Part shown: positions 13,995 through 22,531 of the stretch, piece after piece | How positions within the stretch are numbered: position 1 is the first letter of the stretch | Layout: each line of letters opens with the position of its first letter | Source: Proteobacteria bacterium SG_bin5 | GTDB taxonomy: Bacteria; Pseudomonadota; Alphaproteobacteria; Sphingomonadales; Sphingomonadaceae | DNA: 64,000 nt | Assembly: GCA_002083475.1 (NCBI GenBank) | Contig: LWDI01000045.1 | Coordinates: forward strand, 10,908 to 74,907 | Direction of reading: 5' to 3' | The notes under the pieces: model-generated | Database searches by the model: none | What the model was told of the DNA's origin: nothing | The model's input: the letters and a program-made list of their open reading frames with translations, nothing else | Made by a program: the position numbers and the translations under genes

Positions 13995-15386
13995 CTACCG
14001 CCCCGCCACCGCCCTCGGCCTCGCGTAGAGAAAATACACCGCCAGCCCGCCCGAATTCCATAACAGGAAATAAAGCTGCGTCTTGCTCGGCAGGCTCGCG
14101 AACAAATAGCAGCAGCCCAGCACCCCCGCCGCCGCGACCGGCACCCCCAAGGGCGCGCGGAAGCGGCGCTCGGCCTCGGGCGCGCGGACGCGCTGCACGA
14201 TCAGGCAGACGCACACCGCGATGAACGCGGCGAGCGTCCCCGCGTTCGCGAGCGCGGCGATCTCGCCCAGCGGCAAGAGCCCCGCGATCACGCTCACGAT
14301 CAGCGCGGTCACCGCCGTGATCAGCACCGGCGTGCCTCGCTTCGAAACCCGCGCGAGTCCCTGCGGCAACAACCCGTCGCGCGCCATGGTGAAGAAGATG
14401 CGGCTCTGGCCATAGAGGAACGCGAGCAGCACCGTCGGCAGCGCGATCACCGCGCTCGCTTCCAAAAAAATCGCCGCCTCGCGCTGGCCGACGCCGCGCA
14501 GGATCAGCGCCAGCGGCTCGGCGCTCGCCGCGAATTTGGCGTAGCTCAGCGCCCCCACCGCCGCCACCGCGACCAGCATATAGATCGCGACGCACGCCAG
14601 CATCGAACCAACGATGCCGATCGCCAGATCGCGCCCCGGATTCTTGGTCTCCTCCGCCGCCGTCGAGATCGCGTCGAAGCCGTAGAAAGCGAAAAAGATG
14701 ATCGCCGCCGCCGCCATCACCCCGCGCTCGGCGCCACCCTGGAGCGACTTGCCGAAGCCATAGGGCATGAACGGCTCCAAATTGCGCCCGTCGAAATAAG
14801 GCAGCGCCACCGCGACGAACACCGCCAAAGCGATGAGCTTCACGATCACCAGCACCGCGTTCAGCGTCGCGCTCTCGCGCGTCCCCAGCATCAGCAGTCC
14901 GGCGACGACCGCGATGATGAATACCGCCGGCAGATTGACCACCCCGCCCGCCTCTGGCCCGTTCGCCAAGGCGGCGGGAAACCCCACCAGCCGTTCGAGC
15001 AAAGGTGCGGCATGGCCCGACCAGCCGACCGCGACCGTCGAGACGACGAGCGAATATTCCAGGATCAGGCTCCAGCCGATCACCCAGGCGATCACCTCGC
15101 CCAGCACGACATAGCTATAGGTGTAAGCGCTGCCCGAGGCCGGGATCATCGTCGCGAGTTCGGCATAGGCGAGCGCGGCGCAAGCGCAGATCGCGCCCGC
15201 GATCACGAACGACAGGATCACCGCCGGCCCCGCGAGCCCCGCGCCCACCCCGATCAGCGTCAAAATGCCGGTGCCGACGATCGCCCCCACCCCGAGCGCG
15301 ACCAAATGCGGCCAACCGAGCGTGCGCGCGAGCGCTTGATGGTCGCGTCCGCTCTCGATCGCCTTCTTGCGCAACAAACCGGCCAT
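13995..15386 (-). CDS. APC-superfamily amino acid permease
   Basis: LVALGVGAIVGTGI, YAELATMIPASGSAYTY, FFAFYGFDAISTAAEE; about 12 TM segments. Confidence 0.92.
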   Translation of the reverse strand: MAGLLRKKAIESGRDHQALARTLGWPHLVALGVGAIVGTGILTLIGVGAGLAGPAVILSFVIAGAICACAALAYAELATMIPASGSAYTYSYVVLGEVIAWVIGWSLILEYSLVVSTVAVGWSGHAAPLLERLVGFPAALANGPEAGGVVNLPAVFIIAVVAGLLMLGTRESATLNAVLVIVKLIALAVFVAVALPYFDGRNLEPFMPYGFGKSLQGGAERGVMAAAAIIFFAFYGFDAISTAAEETKNPGRDLAIGIVGSMLACVAIYMLVAVAAVGALSYAKFAASAEPLALILRGVGQREAAIFLEASAVIALPTVLLAFLYGQSRIFFTMARDGLLPQGLARVSKRGTPVLITAVTALIVSVIAGLLPLGEIAALANAGTLAAFIAVCVCLIVQRVRAPEAERRFRAPLGVPVAAAGVLGCCYLFASLPSKTQLYFLLWNSGGLAVYFLYARPRAVAGR

Positions 15387-15470
15387 TGGCACCCCTCTTT
15401 TCGCCGTCTATGGCGGCGCTCGACTTGCCTGCTAAGCGGCGGGCGCGGTTGGAACAAGTGGGAGAGCAAG

Positions 15471-16628
15471 ATGGACGTGGCCCTTGATTTCGCGCTCGGC
15501 GACACCGCCGACATGATCCGCGAGAGCACGCGCCGCTTCGCGCAAGACCAGATCGCCCCGCTCGCCGCGCGGATCGACGCCGAGGATTGGTTCCCGCGCG
15601 ACGAACTCTGGCCGGCGATGGGCGCCCTGGGCCTGCACGGCATCACCGTGCCCGAGGCCGATGGCGGGCTCGGCCTCGGCTATCTCGAACATGTGATCGC
15701 GTGCGAGGAAGTGGCGCGCGCCTCGGCTTCGATCGGGCTTTCCTATGGCGCGCATTCCAATCTGTGCGTCAACCAGATCGCGCGCTGGGGGAATTCCGAG
15801 CAAAAGGCCAAATATCTCCCCAAGCTGATCTCGGGCGAGCATGTCGGCAGCCTCGCCATGTCGGAGGCGGGCGCGGGATCGGACGTGGTGGGCATGAAGC
15901 TGCGCGCCGATAAGGTGCAGGGCGGCTATGTGCTCAACGGCACCAAATTCTGGATCACCAACGCGGCTTATGCCGACACGCTCGTCGTCTATGCCAAGAC
16001 CGACCCGCAAGGCGGCTCGCGCGGGATCACGACGTTCCTGATCGAGCGCGACATGCCGGGCTTTTCGATCGGGCAGAAGATCGACAAAATGGGCATGCGC
16101 GGCTCGCCGACCGCCGAGCTGGTTTTCACCGATTGCGAGGTGCCGCAAGAAAACGTGATGGGCCCCGAAAATGGCGGGGTCGGCGTGCTGATGTCGGGCC
16201 TGGATTATGAGCGCGCGGTGCTCGCCGGCATTCAGCTGGGGGTGATGCAGGCGTGCCTCGACGTCGTGCTGCCCTATGTGCGCGAGCGCCGTCAGTTCGG
16301 CCAGGCGATCGGCGGCTTCCAGCTGATGCAAGCGAAGATCGCCGACATGTATGTCGCGCTGAGTTCGGCGCGGGCCTATGTCTATGCCGTCGCCAAGGCG
16401 TGCGACGCGGGCAAGACGACACGCTTCGACGCGGCCGGGGCGATCCTGCTCGCCAGCGAGAATGCGGTGAAGGTCGCGCTCGAGGCGGTGCAGGCGCTGG
16501 GCGGCGCGGGCTATACCAAGGATTGGCCGGTCGAACGTTACTTACGCGACGCCAAGCTGCTCGACATTGGTGCTGGCACCAACGAAATCCGCCGGATGCT
16601 GATCGGGCGCGAGCTGATCGGGGCGTGA
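15471..16628 (+). CDS. ivd: Isovaleryl-CoA dehydrogenase
   Basis: SIGLSYGAHSNLCVNQI, LAMSEAGAGSDVVGMKLRA, GVLMSGLDYER, IGAGTNEIRRMLIGREL. Confidence 0.92.
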   Translation: MDVALDFALGDTADMIRESTRRFAQDQIAPLAARIDAEDWFPRDELWPAMGALGLHGITVPEADGGLGLGYLEHVIACEEVARASASIGLSYGAHSNLCVNQIARWGNSEQKAKYLPKLISGEHVGSLAMSEAGAGSDVVGMKLRADKVQGGYVLNGTKFWITNAAYADTLVVYAKTDPQGGSRGITTFLIERDMPGFSIGQKIDKMGMRGSPTAELVFTDCEVPQENVMGPENGGVGVLMSGLDYERAVLAGIQLGVMQACLDVVLPYVRERRQFGQAIGGFQLMQAKIADMYVALSSARAYVYAVAKACDAGKTTRFDAAGAILLASENAVKVALEAVQALGGAGYTKDWPVERYLRDAKLLDIGAGTNEIRRMLIGRELIGA

Positions 16629-16659
16629 CGACTTAAGGCATCAATAGTTCATCCAATTT

Positions 16660-16745
16660 CGTCATGGCGCGTAGCGACGAAGCCATCCAGTCCCCGGGCG
16701 GCCGCTGGATTGCTTCGCCCGGCTGGCGCCGGGCTCGCATTGACG
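16660..16745. repeat. Palindromic REP-like element, family B (gtcat..gcgaagc.atcc...ggattgcttcg...gctcgca.tgac)
   Basis: Terminal cgtca...tgacg with internal gaagccatccag/ctggattgcttc stem. Confidence 0.7.
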
Positions 16746-16784
16746 AGGTTGGTTCCGATCTGATGCGTCAACGCCGATAGAGAG

Positions 16785-16871
16785 CCGTTCGCCCTGAGCT
16801 CGTCGAAGGGCCGTACTTCTGAACGACCGTCGACAAGAAAAACGGTGCTTCGACAAGCTCAGCACGAACGG
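16785..16871. repeat. Palindromic REP-like element, family C (ccgttcg..ctgagct.gtcgaag...cttcgacaagctcagcacgaacgg)
   Basis: Long imperfect inverted repeat; related copies at about 46581-46666 and 46967-47069. Confidence 0.8.
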
Positions 16872-16919
16872 CAGGGACGTGATCCCGATTTGCGTCGCTT
16901 GCGCTAATGACGCCCCACC

Positions 16920-17648
16920 CTAGCCCATCTCGCGCACGCGCACGTCGAGCCGGTCGCCCGCGATCACCAATTCGTTGAACGAGGGCCGCGTCGCGCGCAC
17001 GCGTTCCGACAGCGTGCCCGCGCCGATCAGCCGCACGACGCCGCCCGCCACCTCGTGCGCCACGTCATAGGGATCATGGACATGGCCGGTGAGCACCGCG
17101 CGCGCGCCGGCGGCGGCGAGTTCGACCAGCGCCCCCGCCCCGCCGCGGGTGCGCGCGCTGCTCCGCGTTCCCGCCTCGACCAGCGGATGGTGACAGGCGA
17201 CGAGCATGAAATCCTCCTCCGGAACGCCCTCGGCGAGCCGGAGCGCGGCGGCGAGCTGCGCGCGGCTGACATGCCCCTTCGACCAATTGAGCCGCCACTG
17301 GAAGCGCGCGGTGGTGCGCAAGGGAACGACCGCCACGCCCTTCACCGCGAGCGGCCGCTCGACCAGCCGCTCGAGCCGGACATAGCGCGCATAGGGCCGC
17401 ACGAAGCGCGCCCAGGGGTTGAAATAGGGCAGATCGTGATTGCCCACCTCGACCGTCACCGGCACGCCCAACCCATCGAGCCAGGCGGCGGCGGCCTCGA
17501 ACTCGGGGCGGCGCGCGCGCATCGTCAAGTCGCCGGTCATGATCACCGCGTCGGGGCGCTCGGCATGGACGGTTCGCGTGAACCAGGCGACGGCGGCCTT
17601 GTCCTCCGCGCCGAAATGCACGTCGCTGACGTGGAAGAGGCGCGGCAT
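16920..17648 (-). CDS. Calcineurin-like metallophosphoesterase
   Basis: HVSDVHFG, TGDLT, GNHD, HHP, GHVH motifs; TGATG coupling to the upstream gene. Confidence 0.9.
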   Translation of the reverse strand: MPRLFHVSDVHFGAEDKAAVAWFTRTVHAERPDAVIMTGDLTMRARRPEFEAAAAWLDGLGVPVTVEVGNHDLPYFNPWARFVRPYARYVRLERLVERPLAVKGVAVVPLRTTARFQWRLNWSKGHVSRAQLAAALRLAEGVPEEDFMLVACHHPLVEAGTRSSARTRGGAGALVELAAAGARAVLTGHVHDPYDVAHEVAGGVVRLIGAGTLSERVRATRPSFNELVIAGDRLDVRVREMG

Positions 17649-18469
17649 CAGGCGGTCTGCAGAAATTGCGGCCGGGTTTCGCCCGCGCGGATCACGACCT
17701 CGGGATCGATCATCACCGGTTCGCCGTCGAACAATGCGAGCACCGGGCGGCGCTCGGCGGTGCGCAGTTCGGGGGCGTAAATCTCGGTGACGGCGGCGGC
17801 GCGCACCCAATCGCCGGTCAGAAATTCCCAGCCGAGCGCGAGGATCGAGCGCCAGTCGCGCGCGTCGATCGCGGCGATCCGCAAGCGGCGCTCGACCGCC
17901 TGGACGAACACCGCCTGCACCCCGCGCGGCAGGCCCGCGACCCCCTTCAGCCGCAAGCCGCGTCCGAAGGTGCGCCCCCAGGCGCCGCGCGCGGCGCGCA
18001 GCATCTGCCCGATCCGCCCGGCGCGCGCCGCCTCGCGCGCGCGGACCCAGCTCGCCGCGGGGCCGAGGATCAGCCCGACGAAAGCGCGGTGCGGCCCCGC
18101 CTCGACATAGGGCAGCGCGATCGGCCGCGCGGCCTGGTGCGCGGCATGGAGGATCGCGGCGGGCTCGGCCTCGCCGTGGAGGAGCTTGGCGAGCAAATTC
18201 ATCGTCCCGCCCGGCAGGATCAGCAGCGCGCCGTGCCACTCGGCGAGCGCGCAAGCGGCGGCGTTGATCGTGCCGTCGCCCGCGAACAGCACCACCGTGT
18301 CGATCCCCGCCGAATCGAGCGTGCCGGGCTGGGGCAGATCCTCCTCGGGAAAGCGCGTCCGCCCGCCGAGCTCGAGCCCGCGCTCGGCGAATAGCGCTTC
18401 GAGCGCTTCGCATTTCTCCGCGCTCGCCGAGCCCGAGCCGGGATTGGTGATGAACCATAAACGCTGCAT
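17648..18469 (-). CDS. Diacylglycerol kinase family (YegS-like) protein
   Basis: ITNPGSGS, AGDGTINA, LPGGTMNLLA, DGE motifs. Confidence 0.85.
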   Translation of the reverse strand: MQRLWFITNPGSGSASAEKCEALEALFAERGLELGGRTRFPEEDLPQPGTLDSAGIDTVVLFAGDGTINAAACALAEWHGALLILPGGTMNLLAKLLHGEAEPAAILHAAHQAARPIALPYVEAGPHRAFVGLILGPAASWVRAREAARAGRIGQMLRAARGAWGRTFGRGLRLKGVAGLPRGVQAVFVQAVERRLRIAAIDARDWRSILALGWEFLTGDWVRAAAVTEIYAPELRTAERRPVLALFDGEPVMIDPEVVIRAGETRPQFLQTA

Positions 18470-18544
18470 GGGCGCCTCAACGCGGGGCGCGCGCGAAGGT
18501 GCCACGGCGCGCTGCGCTTGGTCGCCCCGATCGACATTTAAGTA

Positions 18545-18564
18545 CCTCCCCGCTCACGGGGAGG
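18545..18564. repeat. Half-copy hairpin of family D, probably serving as the tspO terminator
   Basis: cctccccgctcacggggagg; the core ccccgctcacggggagg is identical to 53684-53700 in gspI. Confidence 0.6.
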
Positions 18565-18574
18565 ACTGGGCTGC

Positions 18575-19075
18575 TCACATCCCCGGGTTCAGCCGCACCA
18601 CGTCCCAAGTGAACCAAGCAGCGAAGCTCACCCAGCCGAGATAGGGCAGCAGCAACAGCGCGCCGGCGCGCGAAAAACGCGCCGCCTGCGCGAGCAGCGC
18701 GAGCGCCGAGGGGAGCAGGAACAGGCATTCGAACAAGGCCCAGCCCGGCGCCTGGAAATGGAAGAACAAATAGCTCCAACCGATGTTCAGGAACCCGGTG
18801 AGGCCGAGCGCGGCGATCAACAGGTCGCCCTCGCGCGCCGGGCTCGCGCGCCAGGCGGTGGCGCCGGCGATCGCGGTCAGGCCGTAAACCGCCGTCCATC
18901 CCAGCGCGAACAACCGGCCGTCGGGGGCGTAATCGGGCAGGTTCAGCGCATAATACCAGGGACCGGTGACGCTGATCGTCGTGCCGATCGCGACGACCAG
19001 CGCGGCGACCAGCGCGCCGACCGCCATCGGGAACGCCCAGGCGCGGCGCGGCGGCTTTTCAGCGCGCGACGCCAA
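18575..19075 (-). CDS. tspO: TspO/MBR tryptophan-rich sensory protein (start uncertain)
   Basis: WYYALNLPDYAP...WTAVY, LNIGWSYLFF, LLLPYLGWVSFA; downstream of bchP as in other PGCs. Confidence 0.88.
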   Translation of the reverse strand: MASRAEKPPRRAWAFPMAVGALVAALVVAIGTTISVTGPWYYALNLPDYAPDGRLFALGWTAVYGLTAIAGATAWRASPAREGDLLIAALGLTGFLNIGWSYLFFHFQAPGWALFECLFLLPSALALLAQAARFSRAGALLLLPYLGWVSFAAWFTWDVVRLNPGM

Positions 19076-20228
19076 GGAGGTGCCCCATGTCTTTGACGAA
19101 GATGCGGAAATGCGCGAACGGTTCGGCACGGACCAGCTCCTTGTTCATATAGGCCTGCCAGGTGAGCTTCTGAACGTCCTTGTCTTCGCAGATCTTCACG
19201 AAACGCTCGCGGCGCTTGTCGCTGCGATACCAGAAATGCTGCATCATCCCGAGCACCCAGAAGACGCGGCCATGCGCTTTCATGAAAGCCCGGCGCGCTT
19301 CCCCGAGCGCCTTGGGGTTGCCGGTCGCGAGGAAGCGATCGACCGCTTGCGCCGCGCAGCGCCCGCACGCCATGGCATAATAAATCCCCTCGCCCGAAGC
19401 GGGCGCGACCACCCCGGCGGCGTCGCCCGCCACGAGCAGATCGCGGCCATTGTCCCAGCGTTTGAGCGGCTTCAACGGGATCGGCGCGCCCTCGCGGCGG
19501 ATCGTCGGGCAGGCATCGAGCCCCGATTGCGCGCGCAGCCGCGCGGTCGCCTCGCGCAGCGCGAAGCCCTTGTGCGCGCTGCCGACGCCGATGCTCGTCT
19601 GCGGGCCGTGGGGGAAGACCCAGCCGTAGAAATCGGGCGAGATCGCGCCTTGATAGACGACGTCGCAGCGCGCGGGATCGAAGGCGGCGCTCGCCGGGGG
19701 CGAATCGACGACTTCGTGATAAGCGAAAACGCATTTGCTGCGCTGCCCGGGGAGCGCTGCGCGCGCCACCCCCGAATTGGCGCCGTCCGCCCCGATCACC
19801 GCGCGCGCGCGCACCCGCTCCTGCGCGCCGCCGCGCGCGTCGCGATAGACGATGATCGCGGTGCCGTCGGTGTCGCGCTCGATGCCTTCGAAATTGCCGG
19901 TGCGCCGCTCGGCCCCGGCGAGCGCCGCGCGCCCGCGCAGCCATTCGTCGAACGGCCCGCGATCGACCATGCCGACGAAGCCGTCGCCGACCGGCATCTC
20001 GACCGTCTTGTGCGAGGGCGCGATCATCCGCGCGGCGGTCGCGTGCGCGACGAGCAGATGGTCGGGGATGTCGAAATCGCGGATCAGCCGAGGCGGGATC
20101 GCGCCGCCGCAGGGCTTGATCCGCCCGGCGCGATCGAGCAGCAGCACGCGGCGCCCGGCGCGCGCGAGGTCGGTCGCCGCCGTCGCCCCGCTCGGGCCGC
20201 CGCCCACCACCACGACGTCATAGGTCAT
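19059..20228 (-). CDS. bchP: Geranylgeranyl-bacteriochlorophyll reductase
   Basis: VVGGGPSGATAA, IKPCGGAIPPRL, SPDFYGWVFPHG, GDAAGVVAPASGEGIYYAM. Confidence 0.96.
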   Translation of the reverse strand: MTYDVVVVGGGPSGATAATDLARAGRRVLLLDRAGRIKPCGGAIPPRLIRDFDIPDHLLVAHATAARMIAPSHKTVEMPVGDGFVGMVDRGPFDEWLRGRAALAGAERRTGNFEGIERDTDGTAIIVYRDARGGAQERVRARAVIGADGANSGVARAALPGQRSKCVFAYHEVVDSPPASAAFDPARCDVVYQGAISPDFYGWVFPHGPQTSIGVGSAHKGFALREATARLRAQSGLDACPTIRREGAPIPLKPLKRWDNGRDLLVAGDAAGVVAPASGEGIYYAMACGRCAAQAVDRFLATGNPKALGEARRAFMKAHGRVFWVLGMMQHFWYRSDKRRERFVKICEDKDVQKLTWQAYMNKELVRAEPFAHFRIFVKDMGHLLGVAR

Positions 20229-21535
20229 AGCATCGCCTCCTTGAACCTCGGCGCCGCCGCGCGCATGCCGGTCGCGAGCAAGGCGGCGAGCAGGAACAGC
20301 CCGGCCTCGGCCGCGAACACCCCGGCGAAGGATTCCGCCCCCGCGCCCATGCCGCGCAGCAGATCGACGCCGATCGCGCCGCTCAACCCGCCGAGCCCGA
20401 AGGCGATCGCCTGCGCCGCGCCCCAGACGCCGAGCCGCAGCCCCTCGCGTTGCGGGCCGGCGCTGCTCGCCAAGCCCATCATCGCGCCGATCGCCGCCAC
20501 CGCGAACACGCCGTTCGCGAAGCCCAAGAGCCAGACATTGGCGCTGAGCGGCCAAGCTGGCCCGATCCGCGCCGCCATCCCCAGCCCCGCGAGCGCCAAG
20601 GCCGATCCCAAACAGCCGCCGACGATCCAGCGCCGCAACGCCGCCGGCGCGCCGCCGCCGAACGCCGAGCCGCCGATCCCGGCGAGCAACATGCCGATCA
20701 GCACCCCGCCATGCTGCACGCCCGAAAGGCCCGTCGACTGACCGGGGGTGAAAGCGAAGACCAGCCCCGCGAAGGGCTCCAGGATCAAATCCTGCATCGA
20801 ATAAGCGAGCATCGAGAGGAAGACGAAGCCGGTGAACTGCCGCGCGTCGCGCTCGCCCAGCATCTCGACGAGCGCCGCGCCGAAGCTCTGCGTCGGCGCC
20901 GCGTCCTCGATCACCGGCCGCCCGCGCGGCTCGACCCCGCGCACCGCGCCCCAGGCGAGCAGGAACGCGCCGACCGCGATCCCGCCCGAGACCATCGCCA
21001 GGCGAAAAGGGGTGAAGGGATCGACCAAATGGCTGGCGATGCCCGCCGTCACGACGATGCCGGCGATCATCATGATCCAGCTCGTCGCCGCCGCCGCCGC
21101 GCGCCGCTCGGGCGCGACCAGCCCCGCCAGCAGCGCGAGCAGCGCCGTGCCCGCCGCCCCCACCCCCGCGCCGATCAGCGCATAGGCGGCAACCGCCATC
21201 ACGTAACCGAGCGGCGCGCGCGCGGCGAGCAACCCCAGGCTATCGACCGCGAGCAGGCTGCCGAGCATCAGCGTCGCCATCCCGCCGATGATCCAGGGCG
21301 TGCGGCGCGCGCCCCGGTCCGAGCCATGGCCCCATAGCGGGCGCGTCAGCTGCACTCCATAATGCCAGGCGACCAGCCCCGCCGGCAGCGCGAGCGGCAG
21401 CGCGAGCTCCACCGTCATGATCCGGTTGAGCAGCGAGGTGCTGAGCATCACGCTCGCCCCGATCGCGCTTTGCACCAGCCCCAGCCGGATGATCCCCACC
21501 CAGCCGAGGCCCATCGGGGCGGCGCCCGCGCTCAC
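20225..21535 (-). CDS. BCD-family (PucC-like) MFS transporter
   Basis: IIRLGLVQSAIG, LNRIMTVE, RRTPWIIGG, QDLILEPFAG, GVWGAAQAIAFG; between bchG and bchP. Confidence 0.9.
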   Translation of the reverse strand: MSAGAAPMGLGWVGIIRLGLVQSAIGASVMLSTSLLNRIMTVELALPLALPAGLVAWHYGVQLTRPLWGHGSDRGARRTPWIIGGMATLMLGSLLAVDSLGLLAARAPLGYVMAVAAYALIGAGVGAAGTALLALLAGLVAPERRAAAAATSWIMMIAGIVVTAGIASHLVDPFTPFRLAMVSGGIAVGAFLLAWGAVRGVEPRGRPVIEDAAPTQSFGAALVEMLGERDARQFTGFVFLSMLAYSMQDLILEPFAGLVFAFTPGQSTGLSGVQHGGVLIGMLLAGIGGSAFGGGAPAALRRWIVGGCLGSALALAGLGMAARIGPAWPLSANVWLLGFANGVFAVAAIGAMMGLASSAGPQREGLRLGVWGAAQAIAFGLGGLSGAIGVDLLRGMGAGAESFAGVFAAEAGLFLLAALLATGMRAAAPRFKEAML

Positions 21536-22470
21536 AGCCGCACCCCGCCCGCCAGGCCGAGCGCGGCGACCAGCATCCCGAGCACCGACAGGCTGGTGCC
21601 GGTCGCGTTGTACCAGGGCGCGCGGCCGACGGGGTCGGCGATCAACTTGGGCATCAAAGCGAGTTGCGCGGCGAGCAGCGCGGCGACGAACAGCGCCGCC
21701 GGCACCTTGCCGAGCGCGGCGAGCAACAGCACCACGCCGAGCTGCGGCAGCGCCATCACCGCGCAGGCGACCCAGGCCGCGCGGCGGGCCCCGAGCGTCG
21801 CGGGGAGCGAGCGGATGCCGCAGGCGCGGTCGCCCTCGATCGCCTTGAAGTCGTTGAGCGTCATGATGCCATGCGCGCCCAGGCTATAGAGCAGCAGCAC
21901 GGCGAGCACCGGCCAGGGCGGCAGCTTGCCCGCGATCACCGCCGCGCCGGTGAACCAGCTCAGCCCTTCATAAGTGAAGCCGACGAGGCCCGGCCCCCAA
22001 ATGCCGCTCAACTTCAGCCGCGCGGGCGGCGCGCTATAGGCCCAGGCGCACAGCAGGGCGAGCGCGGTGGCGGGGAGCACCCAAGGCCCCGCGAAAGCGG
22101 CGATGACGGCGGCGAGCACCAGCGACGTGGCGGTGCCGATCAGCGCGATCCATAGCCCCCAGCGCCCGGGAATGCGCCCCGAGGGGATCGGCCGACCCGG
22201 CTCGTTGATCGCATCGACATGGCGGTCATACCAATCGTTGATCGCCTGGCTGGTGCCGCACACCGCCGGCCCGGTGAGGATCATGCCGAGCAGGACGAAG
22301 GGCAGATGCGCGCCCAGCGGCACTCCCGCGGAGACCACCCCGCACAGAAATGCCCAGATCGGCGGAAACCAAGTGATCGGCTTGAGCAGTTCGAGCATGT
22401 CGCGCGCGCGCGGCGGGCCGGCGATCAGCGGCGGCAGCGACGGCGATACGCTGTGAGTCGAACGGGCCAT
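21532..22470 (-). CDS. bchG: Bacteriochlorophyll synthase
   Basis: ELLKPITWFPP, NDWYDRHVDAINEPGRPIPSGR, GAHGIMTLNDFKAIEGD. Confidence 0.97.
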   Translation of the reverse strand: MARSTHSVSPSLPPLIAGPPRARDMLELLKPITWFPPIWAFLCGVVSAGVPLGAHLPFVLLGMILTGPAVCGTSQAINDWYDRHVDAINEPGRPIPSGRIPGRWGLWIALIGTATSLVLAAVIAAFAGPWVLPATALALLCAWAYSAPPARLKLSGIWGPGLVGFTYEGLSWFTGAAVIAGKLPPWPVLAVLLLYSLGAHGIMTLNDFKAIEGDRACGIRSLPATLGARRAAWVACAVMALPQLGVVLLLAALGKVPAALFVAALLAAQLALMPKLIADPVGRAPWYNATGTSLSVLGMLVAALGLAGGVRL

Positions 22471-22486
22471 GGCGACAGGCTAAGCC

Positions 22487-22530
22487 TGTCACGAATTGAC
22501 GTCAATTACGATTGTCCAACCAGCTAGACA
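22487..22530. promoter_or_regulatory. Tandem PpsR/CrtJ palindromes over the bchG promoter
   Basis: TGT-N12-ACA at 22513-22530 (perfect) and TGT-N12-TCA at 22487-22504, 8 bp apart; on the minus strand TTGACG-17-TAGCCT precedes bchG. Confidence 0.8.
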
Positions 22531-22531
22531 G

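Noticed and set aside
15012..15470. Long N-terminal extensions of ivd and other genes (bchN, bchM, lhaA, gspG, aph, symporter) in the ORF track
   Set aside because: Artefacts of taking the first start codon; internal starts with RBS or stop/start overlaps fit better. Unlike gspI/gspK, suitable downstream starts exist.
22494..22507. FNR/FixK box at AATTGACGTCAATT
   Set aside because: FNR needs TTGAT-N4-ATCAA; this palindrome has no spacer.
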